Part shown: positions 1 to 10,070 of the stretch, piece after piece
Layout: every line of letters starts with the position of its first letter
How positions within the stretch are numbered: the first letter of the stretch is position 1
Source: a virus
Reading direction: 5' to 3' (one strand)
IMG/VR virus record: IMGVR_UViG_3300042907_001596
Span: 1 to 64,000 of that record
Length of the DNA stretch: 64,000 nt
Program-made: the position numbers and the translations under genes
Notes under the pieces: generated by a model
Databases searched by the model: none
What the model was told of the DNA's origin: nothing
Seen by the model: only the letters and a program-made list of their open reading frames with translations

Positions 1-2
1 TC

Positions 3-1409
3 GTCACCGACTCCGACACCTCCAACTCCGCGCTCAACCCCGTCCCCTTCCTCGTCAAGCGGATCAGCACCGGGTACGTCTACCAGGAAGGTTCGGACTA
101 CGAAGTCGTGCTGGACAGCGGCACCGAGGGAACCTCGCAGGCGACCTACCGCATCAAGCGGATCATCGACGGCGACATCGCCGCCGGGGAGGTCGTCCAG
201 GTGTCCTACCGCTACACCGACGACGAGTACTACGCCCCCCAAACCTTCTACGACTACGACGACATCCGCCGGTGGTACGGCGACCCGTTCAACACCAGCG
301 AATACGCCGTCAACGGCGTGGCTAAAGGCAATGTTCTCAGCGAACTGACGCTGGCCGCAAAGTTCGCTTTCCTCAACGGGGCCTACGAGGTGATGACCGT
401 CGCGGTCGACTTCAGTTCCGCCACCACGTCCGTCGCGGCCTACGAAAATGCGCTGGATCTCCTCCAAGACAAAGACAACGTAGCGGTCGTCGTACCGTGC
501 GGCGGCGGCGTGGAGGTTGCCGCGCTGGTCAAAGCCCACATCAAGCAGCAGTCCGAGAACCGCTTTGAGCGGCGGGCCATCATCGGGGTCGACGGCAGCA
601 ACGACACCTTGCGGATCCACAAAGAGCAGCGCCTGCAACTAGCGGCGACGCTGCGCTCCGACGGCAGCGGAGAGCGAGTAGCCCTGGTCAGCCCCGACCG
701 GTTCTCCTACTACAGCCCCGAAGTGAACAAAGAGATCACCGTCGGCGGTCAGTTCATGGCCGCGTCGCTCGCCGGGATGTCCGTCAGGCTGAGCTACGCC
801 CAGCCACTGACTCACAAAGCAGTCACCGGATGGAGGGACGTTCTGACACCCACGAATTACCGCGAGGGCGACAAGAACGACGAGTCCAAAGGCGGCGTCA
901 TGGTGGTGGAAAAGACCCGCAGCCAAAAGATCTGGGTTCGCCATGGCGTCACCGTCGACAACACCGAACTGCTCTACCGGGAGTGGAACATCACCGGCCA
1001 GCAGGACGCCATGGTCTACCGGCTCCGCGACTACCTGGAGAACGCCAACCTCATCGGTCAGCCGATCTACGACTACACCCTGGTCAACGTGAAGGCAGCC
1101 GCTGAAGGTGCCCTCCAGTCGCTGCTGCGCGACGGCTTGATGGTCGACTACACCGGCCTCAAGGCCCGCCAGTTGCTGACCAACCCCGACGTGATTGAGG
1201 TCGGGTTCTCCTGGCTGCCCGCGTTCCCGTTGAACTACATCGTGGTGTCGTTCGCCGTCAGCCTGACGACCGGCAACATCAACAGCCAAGGCGCGACCGC
1301 CAACGGCGGCAACATCGGCAACCTCCAGGCGGGCAACATCACCGCTCCCGCCACCCCGATCTTCAATGACTTCGGCGGTTCGTCCAACACCCTGAACACC
1401 ACACTCTAA
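3..1409 (+). CDS. Tail sheath protein (5' truncated by window edge)
   Basis: Frame is open from position 3. The C-terminus is sheath-like (IWVRHGVT...YLENANLIGQPI...IEVGFSWLPAFPLNYIVVSF) and lies directly upstream of the tube gene. Confidence 0.88.
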   Translation, partial: VTDSDTSNSALNPVPFLVKRISTGYVYQEGSDYEVVLDSGTEGTSQATYRIKRIIDGDIAAGEVVQVSYRYTDDEYYAPQTFYDYDDIRRWYGDPFNTSEYAVNGVAKGNVLSELTLAAKFAFLNGAYEVMTVAVDFSSATTSVAAYENALDLLQDKDNVAVVVPCGGGVEVAALVKAHIKQQSENRFERRAIIGVDGSNDTLRIHKEQRLQLAATLRSDGSGERVALVSPDRFSYYSPEVNKEITVGGQFMAASLAGMSVRLSYAQPLTHKAVTGWRDVLTPTNYREGDKNDESKGGVMVVEKTRSQKIWVRHGVTVDNTELLYREWNITGQQDAMVYRLRDYLENANLIGQPIYDYTLVNVKAAAEGALQSLLRDGLMVDYTGLKARQLLTNPDVIEVGFSWLPAFPLNYIVVSFAVSLTTGNINSQGATANGGNIGNLQAGNITAPATPIFNDFGGSSNTLNTTL

Positions 1410-1424
1410 GAAAAGGTGACCTAA

Positions 1425-1895
1425 ATGGTAGCGAGCGCAACAAGGGTAGCCGGATCTGGCTTTACCACCATGATGTGGAACGGCCAGCGGCTGGCATACC
1501 TCCAGGTTATGCAGGACACCCCGCCCACCCCGGTGGCGCAGGCCCAGGCCGTCCAGCCTATCGACTCCGAAATCCCGATGGAGATTGTGACCTCCATGGC
1601 GGTCGGCGTCGGCACCCTTCGCGCTACATTTTACGAACTGTGGAACCAAAATGCGTGGAACGCCCTCCCCGGCCTGGAAAACACCCACAACTTGCTGTCG
1701 GTGCTGCGCCAGCAGATCAACCTGGGCAACGTCACCATGCAGAAGGTCATCAAGTCCCCGACCGGCATGATGCGCTCGCGGGTGTACCACAAAGTGGTCA
1801 TCACCGACATTGACGAGGGTGAGAACGTCAATATCGGCAGCATGACGCTGCCGAAGACCCTGACCTTCCAGTACTGCTACAGCACCCCAGCCTGA
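1425..1895 (+). CDS. Tail tube protein
   Basis: 156 aa, beta-rich, follows sheath; RBS AAGGTGA; standard myophage order. Confidence 0.78.
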   Translation: MVASATRVAGSGFTTMMWNGQRLAYLQVMQDTPPTPVAQAQAVQPIDSEIPMEIVTSMAVGVGTLRATFYELWNQNAWNALPGLENTHNLLSVLRQQINLGNVTMQKVIKSPTGMMRSRVYHKVVITDIDEGENVNIGSMTLPKTLTFQYCYSTPA

Positions 1896-1897
1896 CC

Positions 1898-1934
1898 TGT
1901 GTAAACCCCCCTCCGGTTCCCTGAATAGGTGAAG
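1898..1934 (+). promoter_or_regulatory. Class-2 promoter-like motif (TGTAAA...GAATAGGTGAAG)
   Basis: Intergenic; resembles the copies at 25622, 51132 and 62529 (spacing 1 nt shorter); downstream gene has its own RBS (AGGAGG at 1950). Confidence 0.5.
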
Positions 1935-1960
1935 GGGTTACCCGGTTCTAGGAGGGTCTT

Positions 1961-2485
1961 GTGGAGATTCAGCGACAGTCCGACTATTACGGACTCGACC
2001 GGCCAGAACCCCGGCAGGCCCACCTGACGGCCGACCAGATCGCCGCGCTCATCTCCGGCCCGCAGATCACCCCCGGCTTGCTGAACACCCGCACCGCTTG
2101 GCGTGACGGCCAGGAGTGGACGTACGCGCCGGAGAACTTCGTGCCCGAAGACGAAGACGTGTACGAACCCAACGCCGAAGAGCTAGACCTAGAGGACGAG
2201 TTGGAGTCTCGCGAACGCTACGTCCCCGAAGATCTGGTGGAGCGCCGCCGGGAAGGCTTCCGCACCGCTGCCCCGGTGGCTTCCCCAGGCGACCCTTCAG
2301 GTGGCGGGGGAGCCTCAGAGATGGACATGGCCCTCGCCGTCGGCCCAGAGAACGCCCCTAAGAGTGTCGGAGTGGTCGTCCCCAGCTTTGGGGCTGGCGT
2401 CGATATGATGCTCGACTACATCAACGATGAAACCGACGAGCAGTACGGGATTGGATCCGACAACGCCTTTAAGCCCGCAGGCTAA
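1961..2485 (+). CDS. Hypothetical acidic protein in tail module
   Basis: RBS AGGAGG, GTG start, fills the gap between tube and chaperone genes. Confidence 0.7.
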   Translation: MEIQRQSDYYGLDRPEPRQAHLTADQIAALISGPQITPGLLNTRTAWRDGQEWTYAPENFVPEDEDVYEPNAEELDLEDELESRERYVPEDLVERRREGFRTAAPVASPGDPSGGGGASEMDMALAVGPENAPKSVGVVVPSFGAGVDMMLDYINDETDEQYGIGSDNAFKPAG

Positions 2486-2518
2486 CCAACCGCTAACGAA
2501 CCTTACGAGGAGGGTTTT

Positions 2519-3058
2519 ATGGCTGGACGACGTACCCCACCGGCACCACCGGAGATCTGGGCAGAAGACGGATCCCAGATCGCCCCGCCGCCGGAGATCT
2601 TCCCAGAAAACGACCGCCAGAAGGTCGAGGAGGTCGTTGCCGTCGAGAAGGTCACCGAACTGACCGAAGAAGAGCGCGGATGGTTCACGTCGCTGCTCAC
2701 CTGCGGCCGACGGCACAAAACCATCACGGTGATGGGCGACCACAAAGTGGCGATCCAAACGCTCAATGCCGACGACGACCTACGCATCGGGCTGTACACC
2801 AAAGTCTACAAAGACAGCGACTCCTACCCCCGCGCCTACCAGATCGCCGTCTGCGCCGCCGGGATCCGCACCGTCAACAACCGGCCGCTGTATCAGCCGA
2901 TCTCCGAAGAGGAGGACGCCCAGGCGGTCTTCATGGAGAAAGTGGAGCGGATGAGCAAGTTCTACCCGGTGGTCATCGCTGAAATCTACCGCTCCATTAT
3001 GGACTTGGACGGTGAGTTCGCGGAGCTAGCCAGGAAACTGGGAAAACTCACCGGCTAG
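2519..3058 (+). CDS. Tail assembly chaperone (gpG-like)
   Basis: Lies between tube and tape measure; ends with in-frame slippery heptamer G GGA AAA; RBS GAGGAGG. Confidence 0.85.
   Translation: MAGRRTPPAPPEIWAEDGSQIAPPPEIFPENDRQKVEEVVAVEKVTELTEEERGWFTSLLTCGRRHKTITVMGDHKVAIQTLNADDDLRIGLYTKVYKDSDSYPRAYQIAVCAAGIRTVNNRPLYQPISEEEDAQAVFMEKVERMSKFYPVVIAEIYRSIMDLDGEFAELARKLGKLTG
3040..3046 (+). other. Programmed -1 ribosomal frameshift site GGGAAAA
   Basis: X XXY YYZ in the correct phase (CTG GGA AAA); the -1 frame is open from 3040 into ORF 3079..3438. Confidence 0.88.
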
Positions 3059-3438
3059 ACGCACGAGCGGAGGTTGAAGTGCGTCTAGCCTACGAACAGG
3101 GACTGCTCAAGCAGCAGAGCTTGAACTTCTACCAAAAGTGGGCGTTGCTCTACTGGATCTATATGGTGCGCCGCGAGCAGATCGAAGACACCGAAGCCAG
3201 GCTGGAGCGGCAAACCTTCAACCTGTTCCCACAACGCTGGAACGAGCTTTACCGCGACCAACTGCTGGCCGGGATGGGGATCGCCAACGACGACGGCGAA
3301 ATCCCCCTGATGGAAGACGACCTGGACGAACTCGACAGGTTCATGGAGAAGCTGGAGCAGCAAAGCACGTTCTCTATGTCCGGCGCTGACACCCCCAACG
3401 ACTTCCACCAAGAAGAGAAGTGGGGAAGCTGGGCATGA
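3040..3438 (+). CDS. Tail assembly chaperone frameshift extension (gpT-like)
   Basis: -1 frame continuation (THRLDARAEVEVRLAYEQG...); stop overlaps the tape measure ATG. Confidence 0.82.
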   Translation, partial: GKTHRLDARAEVEVRLAYEQGLLKQQSLNFYQKWALLYWIYMVRREQIEDTEARLERQTFNLFPQRWNELYRDQLLAGMGIANDDGEIPLMEDDLDELDRFMEKLEQQSTFSMSGADTPNDFHQEEKWGSWA

Positions 3439-5762
3439 ACAACGAAGGCTTTGAGGTTGGAGCGGATTATGTTGCCGCCAAAGTCAGCTTCGACATCGAC
3501 TCCACCGGCGTCAACAACCTCAAGGAGTTGTCCGACCAGCTAGAGAAGTACCGCACCGAAGCCGAAGCGGCGGCTCGCGGGTCGAAAGACTTCATCGAAT
3601 ACCTCAAGAACATGGCGACGGTGGCTAACCAAGCCGCCGACGCCCAAAAGAACCTCATCGCCCAACTGAACTTGATGACCGGTCTTCAGCAGACCACGAT
3701 GACCAACCAGGGTTCCCAGGTCAGCCGGGGAGTTCCGCAAGGCTACATCGACCCGTTCTCCGGCATGGGCACCGGGTCGGGACGACTCCCCGCCGGGGCC
3801 GACGGGGGCTATTCCCCCACCATTTTGGGTGCCCAAGGCTACCTGGGCGACATGGCCCAGCAAGATCCCCGGCAGTACCTCAACTGGCAGAACCAGCGCG
3901 GGAATCTGCGCGTCGGGGACGTTCCCGCCCAATCCCCCGGCGATCAGGATCTGGAGCGGATCGCCCGCCGCCACGTCGATCGCGAAGAAGTCCAGAACCG
4001 GCGCAACGCCAAAGGCGACCCCTACTCCAGCCTGTCCGACCGGATTTCCGCCATGTCCACCGGGGCTAACCAACTCGTCAACGAGCTAGCCCCCGGCGGC
4101 GGCGTCCAAGGGCCGATGGGGATGCTCCAGCGCGGACTGGGCAGTCTCAGCGGGATGGCGCGGGCTTCCGGCGCGGTCGGTGCGTTAGGTGCCGTCGCTG
4201 GCCCCGCCGCGCTGGGGTTGGGTGCCGCCGCCGCCGGATACGGCCTCTATCAAGGTGTCGGCGGGGCGATCCAAGGCTACCGCGAGATGGGGCAGACTCG
4301 CGGCGGCGGGTTTGAAGAAGGCGTCGGCTACGAGATGGCCATCCGGTCGATGGCGATGAATCCGTTCATCTCTACTGAGCAGGCCCGCCAGATCATCTCG
4401 CAAGGACTCAGTTCCGGCTACTCCGGCAAAGAGTTCGATACCGTCACCCAGTTCATGGCCAACAACCTCAAAGACATGAATATGTCGGTAGCCGACAGCA
4501 TGGCCGTCTTCAAGAAGAACGTCACCGAAGGGGGGATGACCTCCGAAGGTTTGGGTGCCACCATGGCCGGACTGAAAGCCATGGCCGGACTCCCCGGCAC
4601 CACCATGACCCAAGCCGACATTACGTCCGGCTACGCGGGCGCATCCAGCGCAATGATCGACGCCGGAGTGTCCGGCGCGTCGGCGTCCTCCGCCGCCGCC
4701 GCAGGCACCCAGGTGTTCGCCGGGATCGAAAACCTCAAAGAGGTGGGCAGTCAGCTACAGGCATCGGCGTCGAACAGCGACGTAGCGCAAGGGTACATCC
4801 GGCAGTTCGGCGGCTACGCCAGCGAGTTGGCCGGGGTGGATCCCAGCGGGGTGATGGAAGCGTTAGGCGGCGACAAAGGCACCAACGCCATCTTTAACAC
4901 GTTGGTTCACTTCGCCAAGATGTTCTACAGCCAAGCCGGGGGCAAGAAGAGCAGGGCGGTCAAGCCCTTTCAGATGTTTCTCCAGAGAATGTTCCCCGAC
5001 ATAGAGTGGACGAAGAACAAAACCCAACAGCTTATGACCCAACTCATCCAGAACGGCAACCCTTTCCCCGCCGCTCAGCAGGCTAGCCGCCAGGCCACCA
5101 CCGCAGCCTCCCAGATCAAGGAGCGGGGGAGCATGAACCAAAACTTCACCAGGAAGATCGGTGCGCTGGGGACAATAGGTAGCGCCATCGGTGATACGGC
5201 CGAAGGAATTTTTAACATGCTGCAAGGCAAGACCCAGCCGGATGGCCAGGATGCGTTCGACTATGCGGACACCCGCGCCAACATAGATCGGGTCGATGCC
5301 GCCTCCACTGCTAGCCACATCCCCTTGATGGATGCAATCGTGGCCGACCAGGGAGGCTATCGAAACATCCAGGTCGGCTCCGGCGACAAATGGGCCTCCT
5401 ACAACCCCAACGACCGCAAGCAGCTTGAAGCCTTGCGGGACGGCAAAATGAACTGGCGACACAAAAACGACAACGGCAGCGGCCAGTCCCTGGCCAACAC
5501 CGCCAACGGCCAAGGCGTCAGCGACGGCGGTGCGCCGAATATGTTCAACAACGAAAAGGGTGGCCCCGTCAATATCGGCGTCGGCGGCGTCCTCAAGATT
5601 GAGGTGACCGGCGACTCCAGAGGGATTAGGGTGCCCGACCAAGTCAAGCTCACCGCCAACCAGCAGGCAGCACAGCAAGGCTTTGGCGGCGCTACCCTCA
5701 ACGCTCCCCCGCCGGGAGACACCCCCGGCCTTAACGGCTACAACGACTTGAAGTACCGATGA
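3435..5762 (+). CDS. Tape measure protein
   Basis: About 775 aa, Ala/Gly/Gln-rich, follows chaperone pair; ATG at 3435 overlaps the upstream TGA. Confidence 0.8.
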   Translation: MNNEGFEVGADYVAAKVSFDIDSTGVNNLKELSDQLEKYRTEAEAAARGSKDFIEYLKNMATVANQAADAQKNLIAQLNLMTGLQQTTMTNQGSQVSRGVPQGYIDPFSGMGTGSGRLPAGADGGYSPTILGAQGYLGDMAQQDPRQYLNWQNQRGNLRVGDVPAQSPGDQDLERIARRHVDREEVQNRRNAKGDPYSSLSDRISAMSTGANQLVNELAPGGGVQGPMGMLQRGLGSLSGMARASGAVGALGAVAGPAALGLGAAAAGYGLYQGVGGAIQGYREMGQTRGGGFEEGVGYEMAIRSMAMNPFISTEQARQIISQGLSSGYSGKEFDTVTQFMANNLKDMNMSVADSMAVFKKNVTEGGMTSEGLGATMAGLKAMAGLPGTTMTQADITSGYAGASSAMIDAGVSGASASSAAAAGTQVFAGIENLKEVGSQLQASASNSDVAQGYIRQFGGYASELAGVDPSGVMEALGGDKGTNAIFNTLVHFAKMFYSQAGGKKSRAVKPFQMFLQRMFPDIEWTKNKTQQLMTQLIQNGNPFPAAQQASRQATTAASQIKERGSMNQNFTRKIGALGTIGSAIGDTAEGIFNMLQGKTQPDGQDAFDYADTRANIDRVDAASTASHIPLMDAIVADQGGYRNIQVGSGDKWASYNPNDRKQLEALRDGKMNWRHKNDNGSGQSLANTANGQGVSDGGAPNMFNNEKGGPVNIGVGGVLKIEVTGDSRGIRVPDQVKLTANQQAAQQGFGGATLNAPPPGDTPGLNGYNDLKYR

Positions 5763-6463
5763 CCACCGCCACCGTCGACACCCAACTCGACTCCGCGATG
5801 CAGCGGGGGATCGCCACGCTGTCGTGGGGCAACAAGGTGTTCCGGTTCCGCACCAACCCCAACGAGATCACCTGGAACTACAGCCTCATCACGAAAACCG
5901 ACCAGACTTACGGCGGGCGGGTGGTGCAGATTTTGGGCACCAAGATTGACGACCTCACCGTCAAGGTCGACTGCGGCAACGGCGGCTGGGAATACCTGAT
6001 GAAAGTCGTCACCTTCGTTCGGGATCTGATGGTATCCCAACGCAACGGCCAGCCAGCGACTTTTGAGTACACCACCCGCAACTGGAAGCTGAACGTCTTC
6101 GCCGCCTCCATCCCCTTTGCTGATCAGGTCAGCGCTACCACCCGAGAATTGACCCTGAACTTCAAGGTGCAGCAGGATGTGACCGGAATGATGTCAACCA
6201 ACACCATCTCCTCCGCGTTGCTGGGCCTGACCGCCGGGATCGGCTTCGCCCGCAGCCAATACAATTCGTGGGACGTTCTCCCCGCCAATAACGCCCAAGG
6301 CATGATACCGAACGTCACTGACTTCATCGGGGGAGCCGCGACGCTCGCAGGCAATGCCACCGCGACGCCCGTCGATCTGGGAGGATTGTTGCAGTACTCC
6401 CCCACCAGCGGAGTCGGCAACAGTTTGTTAAACACCCTCAACTTCTTCACCGGCCCGCTGTAG
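5759..6463 (+). CDS. Baseplate/tail-tube initiator-like protein
   Basis: Position after tape measure; FRTNPNEITWNY...QTYGGRVVQ is typical of tube-fold baseplate proteins; ATGA overlap. Confidence 0.6.
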   Translation: MTTATVDTQLDSAMQRGIATLSWGNKVFRFRTNPNEITWNYSLITKTDQTYGGRVVQILGTKIDDLTVKVDCGNGGWEYLMKVVTFVRDLMVSQRNGQPATFEYTTRNWKLNVFAASIPFADQVSATTRELTLNFKVQQDVTGMMSTNTISSALLGLTAGIGFARSQYNSWDVLPANNAQGMIPNVTDFIGGAATLAGNATATPVDLGGLLQYSPTSGVGNSLLNTLNFFTGPL

Positions 6464-6483
6464 AAAGAGTAGGAGGAACCACC

Positions 6484-6657
6484 GTGTCCCAATACGTCAG
6501 CAATTGCGTCATCTCCGGCCCGATCCGTCTGCCCGACTACACGCCGGATGTTCACTTCAATGGAATGTCGTTCAACTTCCAGATCGGCATGATGTTCCAC
6601 GTTGCCGAAGAAACGCCTCCGATGCCACGGCCCCCGACACCGGTGCATGACCTGTGA
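6484..6657 (+). CDS. Small hypothetical protein, 57 aa (not in ORF track)
   Basis: RBS AGGAGGA, GTG start (MSQYVSNCVISGP...VHDL), GTGA overlap with next gene. Confidence 0.65.
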   Translation: MSQYVSNCVISGPIRLPDYTPDVHFNGMSFNFQIGMMFHVAEETPPMPRPPTPVHDL

Positions 6658-7220
6658 GCGAACTCATCCTCAGCAACCCCCGATGCGGAACGCGACGACT
6701 CAAGGTGGTCGCGTTCTCTTCGCCGTTGGTGGGGCAGATGTACGCCGCTCAAACCAGGACAATGGTGCAGTACTTCCCCATCAAAGCCCTACAGCCCGAA
6801 CTGGAACTGGAGGTGGTGTTCAGCAACGAAGCTGAATACCAAGACTTCCAGCGGTACGTTCGCAACATCCAGGTCGACGCACAGAGTTTCGACGCCACCC
6901 CCGGCGTCACCCTGTACTGGCCGCAGCGGTCAATCTACAACTGGACAGGGGTCATCAAAGCCTTCCGCGCCGGTGGGCAGCGCAACAACTTCATGCCCCG
7001 CGCTAAGTTCACCATCGACCTCGTGGACTCTATGCTGTCGTCCAAAACCACGGCATCCTCGTTCGCGTCGGCGTTTGACGAGATTTTTGGCATCAACACC
7101 CCCGGCGGGGTTTTGGGCGGCGGCGTCGGGGAGTCCTTCCTGATCGCACCCAGCGCCGCCGCTAGCGCGGCCCTCCAGTTCGCCCCCGAAATCATCAGCA
7201 TCCTAGGTGGTCTGCAATGA
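6654..7220 (+). CDS. Baseplate/minor tail protein
   Basis: Coupled to both neighbours; lies just before the hub gene. Confidence 0.6.
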   Translation: MSELILSNPRCGTRRLKVVAFSSPLVGQMYAAQTRTMVQYFPIKALQPELELEVVFSNEAEYQDFQRYVRNIQVDAQSFDATPGVTLYWPQRSIYNWTGVIKAFRAGGQRNNFMPRAKFTIDLVDSMLSSKTTASSFASAFDEIFGINTPGGVLGGGVGESFLIAPSAAASAALQFAPEIISILGGLQ

Positions 7221-10069
7221 CCAACTTTCAGCCCCAGATCGACCCCCAAGCGCCCCCGGCGATCAAAACCCTCATCTACGCGCCGCAAGCCAGGATCTAC
7301 ATCATCCACAACAACGTCCAATACGACGTGTCGGCCGACTTGGTGCGCGGCCAGGTGATTCGCAAAGAGAACAGCGCGTCGTCGCTCGCCTTCACCCTCG
7401 CCAACAAGCCCCTCGTCCCCGGCGGGCAGCCCCGCTACAACGCCGGGGAGGCGTTCGCCTTCAGCCGGATGGATGTCGTCACCCTCTGGCTAAAGCGCAC
7501 TGAGTGGGTGCAGATCTTCACCGGCTTCCTCGACACCATCCCGTACAAGCAGATCTACCCCGGCACCGTCGATTTCCGCGCCACCTGCACCCTCAAGAAG
7601 CTGATGCACACTTGGTGGAACCCGGCGTTGCCGCAAAACGCCAGCCTGCTCGACCAGTTCAGCTTCGGCCAGTCCGTCGGCGGGGACGGGCAGCTTCCCG
7701 TCGACTCCGGCCTGGGAGGGATGCTGCGAAACCTTGTGGTCAAAGTCGGCCAGTGGAATGAGTCGGCCGTCCAGATCCAAAACTTCCCTATCGCCATGAT
7801 GCCCTTCGTGGACGAATACATCGCCCGCACCCTCCCTGAGAATCAGGCGACAGTCAAGGCAATGAAGACCATCATTTTGGGGCAGGATCACAGCACCCCA
7901 CCCAAAGCCATGGCGGGCTATAACAGCACCGCCCCGCTGGGTGCGTGGCCACCGCCGGGTGCCGGTTTGGCGGGGCCGGTGGCAGGGGAAGCCGTGTATC
8001 TTCCGTTCATCGTCGCGGCGTGCGATGCCCGAGGGATGGGGCCGAAAACCGCCGACCTTCAACAGTCCGACGCCCTAACGCAAGCCGGTGTGACCGGGCA
8101 GTCTTCCGGCCAGTACGACGCCCCCGCGTGGGAGATCATCGCCAACCAAGGGCGCAACCAGACAGCCAACGAAAACGCCTCCGACGCCGCCATCCTCGCA
8201 GTGGCCTGCATCCTGGTGGAAACCGGCGGGACGTGGAAGAACTTCGCGAACCCGACAGTTCCCGACTCCATCACCTTCCCCAACGACGGCTACCCGCCCA
8301 ACCCCAACCTCGACTCCGTCGGACTGTTCCAGCAGCGCAATGGTTGGGGCGTTGTCGCCCAGCGGATGAATCCGTACGCCGCCGCCGGAATGTTCTTCGA
8401 CAAGCTCAACGACTTCGGTTGGCGCAACATGAACGAAGGGGCGGCGATCTTCAAAGTGCAGGTCGGTGCCACCCCAGCACTGTACGCCGCCCAGATCCCC
8501 GCTGCGAAAGCGATTGTTCGGACGTTCCGTGAGGCCCAAGCCAAAAGCGCGTCGACCGTAGCCAACGCCGCCACCAGTGCGGTGCCCCTCGTAAGCTCCG
8601 TCGCCGGTTCGGTAACCAACGCGGTCACCACCGCCGTCAACACCGCCGGTGTGGCCTCCCCCTCCAGCACCGGCGCGGCCCCGGTCGGGGCAAACCTGCG
8701 CGTCGGCAAGCCCGTCCCCGACTCCGAAGGGGCGATCAACGCCGCGATGTCGATGATCGCCACCACCCCCTTCAAGTCGGGTGGGAAAACCCCCGGCGTC
8801 GGACTGGACGGCCCCGGCTTGGTGGAGTGGGCTTTCCGGTGCATCGGCAAAGATGTCGGCATCACCGCTTCTGAACAACTCAGCAACCCTCGCGTCGTCC
8901 CGTCGACCCAAGCTCGACGCGGCGACATCATCCAGCTAGCTAGCCACGAACACACCGGCATTTATCTTGGTGCCAATATGTGGATCCAAAACGGCGGGCC
9001 GCTGCGCGGGTCGGTGCAAGTCCTGCCCGAGCCGCTGGAGTCCGTCAAGGCCGTCATGCGGATAGTCGACAACGGTGGGCCGGATCCGACCGCGCCGTTC
9101 ACCGCCCCCATCATGGGGCTGCCGCGAGGAACCCCGGCCGGAACCGGCGACAGTGGATCCAAAGGGGCGCAATCCAACGTGACTGAACCCATCGCCAGGA
9201 ACCTGTTTGCCTATCAGTTTGAGCCGTGGACATACGCCGCCTCCATCGCCTCCTTCTTTACCGGGGAGAAGGCGTTCATCGACTGCCAGCCGCTCATCCA
9301 GATCGTCCAGGCCGTCGCTCGCGCCGGGATGCGAAACTTCGCCAGCGCCCCCAACGGTGACTTCATTGCTTACACCCCCGACGAGTTCGGGATGTTCGGC
9401 AAGCCCGCGATCTTGTCACTAGAAGATGTCGAAATCAAAGACTGCCAGATCGACCTGTCCGACGACCCGCTGGCGACCCACGTCTACGTCGAAGGAAATC
9501 AGACGATGATGGGGCAGACAGACAGCGAACTGGGGTGGCTGATGTCTTCCGGCGTGGCGACTGTGGAGAACTCCGCGCTGTTCAGTCAGCTTCGCAAAAC
9601 CGCGCCGGGAGACATGGAAGGGCTGTCCGGCGACGACATCATGCGCAAGTTCGGCGTGCGCCCCCTCAAGCAGAACTATCAGCTTGCGGGCAACCCGGCC
9701 ATGGAGTTTTTGCTGGCCGTTCAGGTGTTCATGGGCAAATGGTCAGCGATGTATCAGACTTCGATCAGCTTCACTTTCATGCCGGAACTCTTCCCCGGCA
9801 TGCGTGTCCTACTGAACGGCCACAACCTGCAACTGTACTGCTCTGAAGTCGTCCACACTTTCGACTACGAGAATGGCTTCGCCACCCAGGCGAGGCTGTC
9901 GTCGGCAGCAGCAGCCGACGGGGCGAAGGCCGCGACGGGCAGCACCAACCCGCTGTCCTCGTGGCAGTGGCCGATCGACAACTTCCTCGACAACCTCGAC
10001 ATCATGCCGCAAGGCGGCACCGTCAACGGCGCTGGCGGCACCAGCACAGTCACGGTACCGGGAGGCTGA
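7217..10069 (+). CDS. Baseplate hub protein with lytic-transglycosylase-like and degenerate NlpC/P60 domains
   Basis: Hub-like termini (FMPELFPGMRV, VVHTFDYENGFAT); ILVETGG...DSVGLFQQRNGWG...RMNP muralytic motif; NlpC-like GLDGPGLVEWAF...HTGIYLG. Confidence 0.78.
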   Translation: MTNFQPQIDPQAPPAIKTLIYAPQARIYIIHNNVQYDVSADLVRGQVIRKENSASSLAFTLANKPLVPGGQPRYNAGEAFAFSRMDVVTLWLKRTEWVQIFTGFLDTIPYKQIYPGTVDFRATCTLKKLMHTWWNPALPQNASLLDQFSFGQSVGGDGQLPVDSGLGGMLRNLVVKVGQWNESAVQIQNFPIAMMPFVDEYIARTLPENQATVKAMKTIILGQDHSTPPKAMAGYNSTAPLGAWPPPGAGLAGPVAGEAVYLPFIVAACDARGMGPKTADLQQSDALTQAGVTGQSSGQYDAPAWEIIANQGRNQTANENASDAAILAVACILVETGGTWKNFANPTVPDSITFPNDGYPPNPNLDSVGLFQQRNGWGVVAQRMNPYAAAGMFFDKLNDFGWRNMNEGAAIFKVQVGATPALYAAQIPAAKAIVRTFREAQAKSASTVANAATSAVPLVSSVAGSVTNAVTTAVNTAGVASPSSTGAAPVGANLRVGKPVPDSEGAINAAMSMIATTPFKSGGKTPGVGLDGPGLVEWAFRCIGKDVGITASEQLSNPRVVPSTQARRGDIIQLASHEHTGIYLGANMWIQNGGPLRGSVQVLPEPLESVKAVMRIVDNGGPDPTAPFTAPIMGLPRGTPAGTGDSGSKGAQSNVTEPIARNLFAYQFEPWTYAASIASFFTGEKAFIDCQPLIQIVQAVARAGMRNFASAPNGDFIAYTPDEFGMFGKPAILSLEDVEIKDCQIDLSDDPLATHVYVEGNQTMMGQTDSELGWLMSSGVATVENSALFSQLRKTAPGDMEGLSGDDIMRKFGVRPLKQNYQLAGNPAMEFLLAVQVFMGKWSAMYQTSISFTFMPELFPGMRVLLNGHNLQLYCSEVVHTFDYENGFATQARLSSAAAADGAKAATGSTNPLSSWQWPIDNFLDNLDIMPQGGTVNGAGGTSTVTVPGG

Positions 10070-10070
10070 G

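Noticed and set aside
1410-1421. GAAAAGGTGA as a class-2 promoter
   Set aside because: No upstream TGT at the right offset; it sits at RBS distance from the tube ATG.
5715-5724. GGAGACACCC match to the hairpin B loop
   Set aside because: Inside the tape measure coding region and about 35 nt from the next start codon; likely chance.
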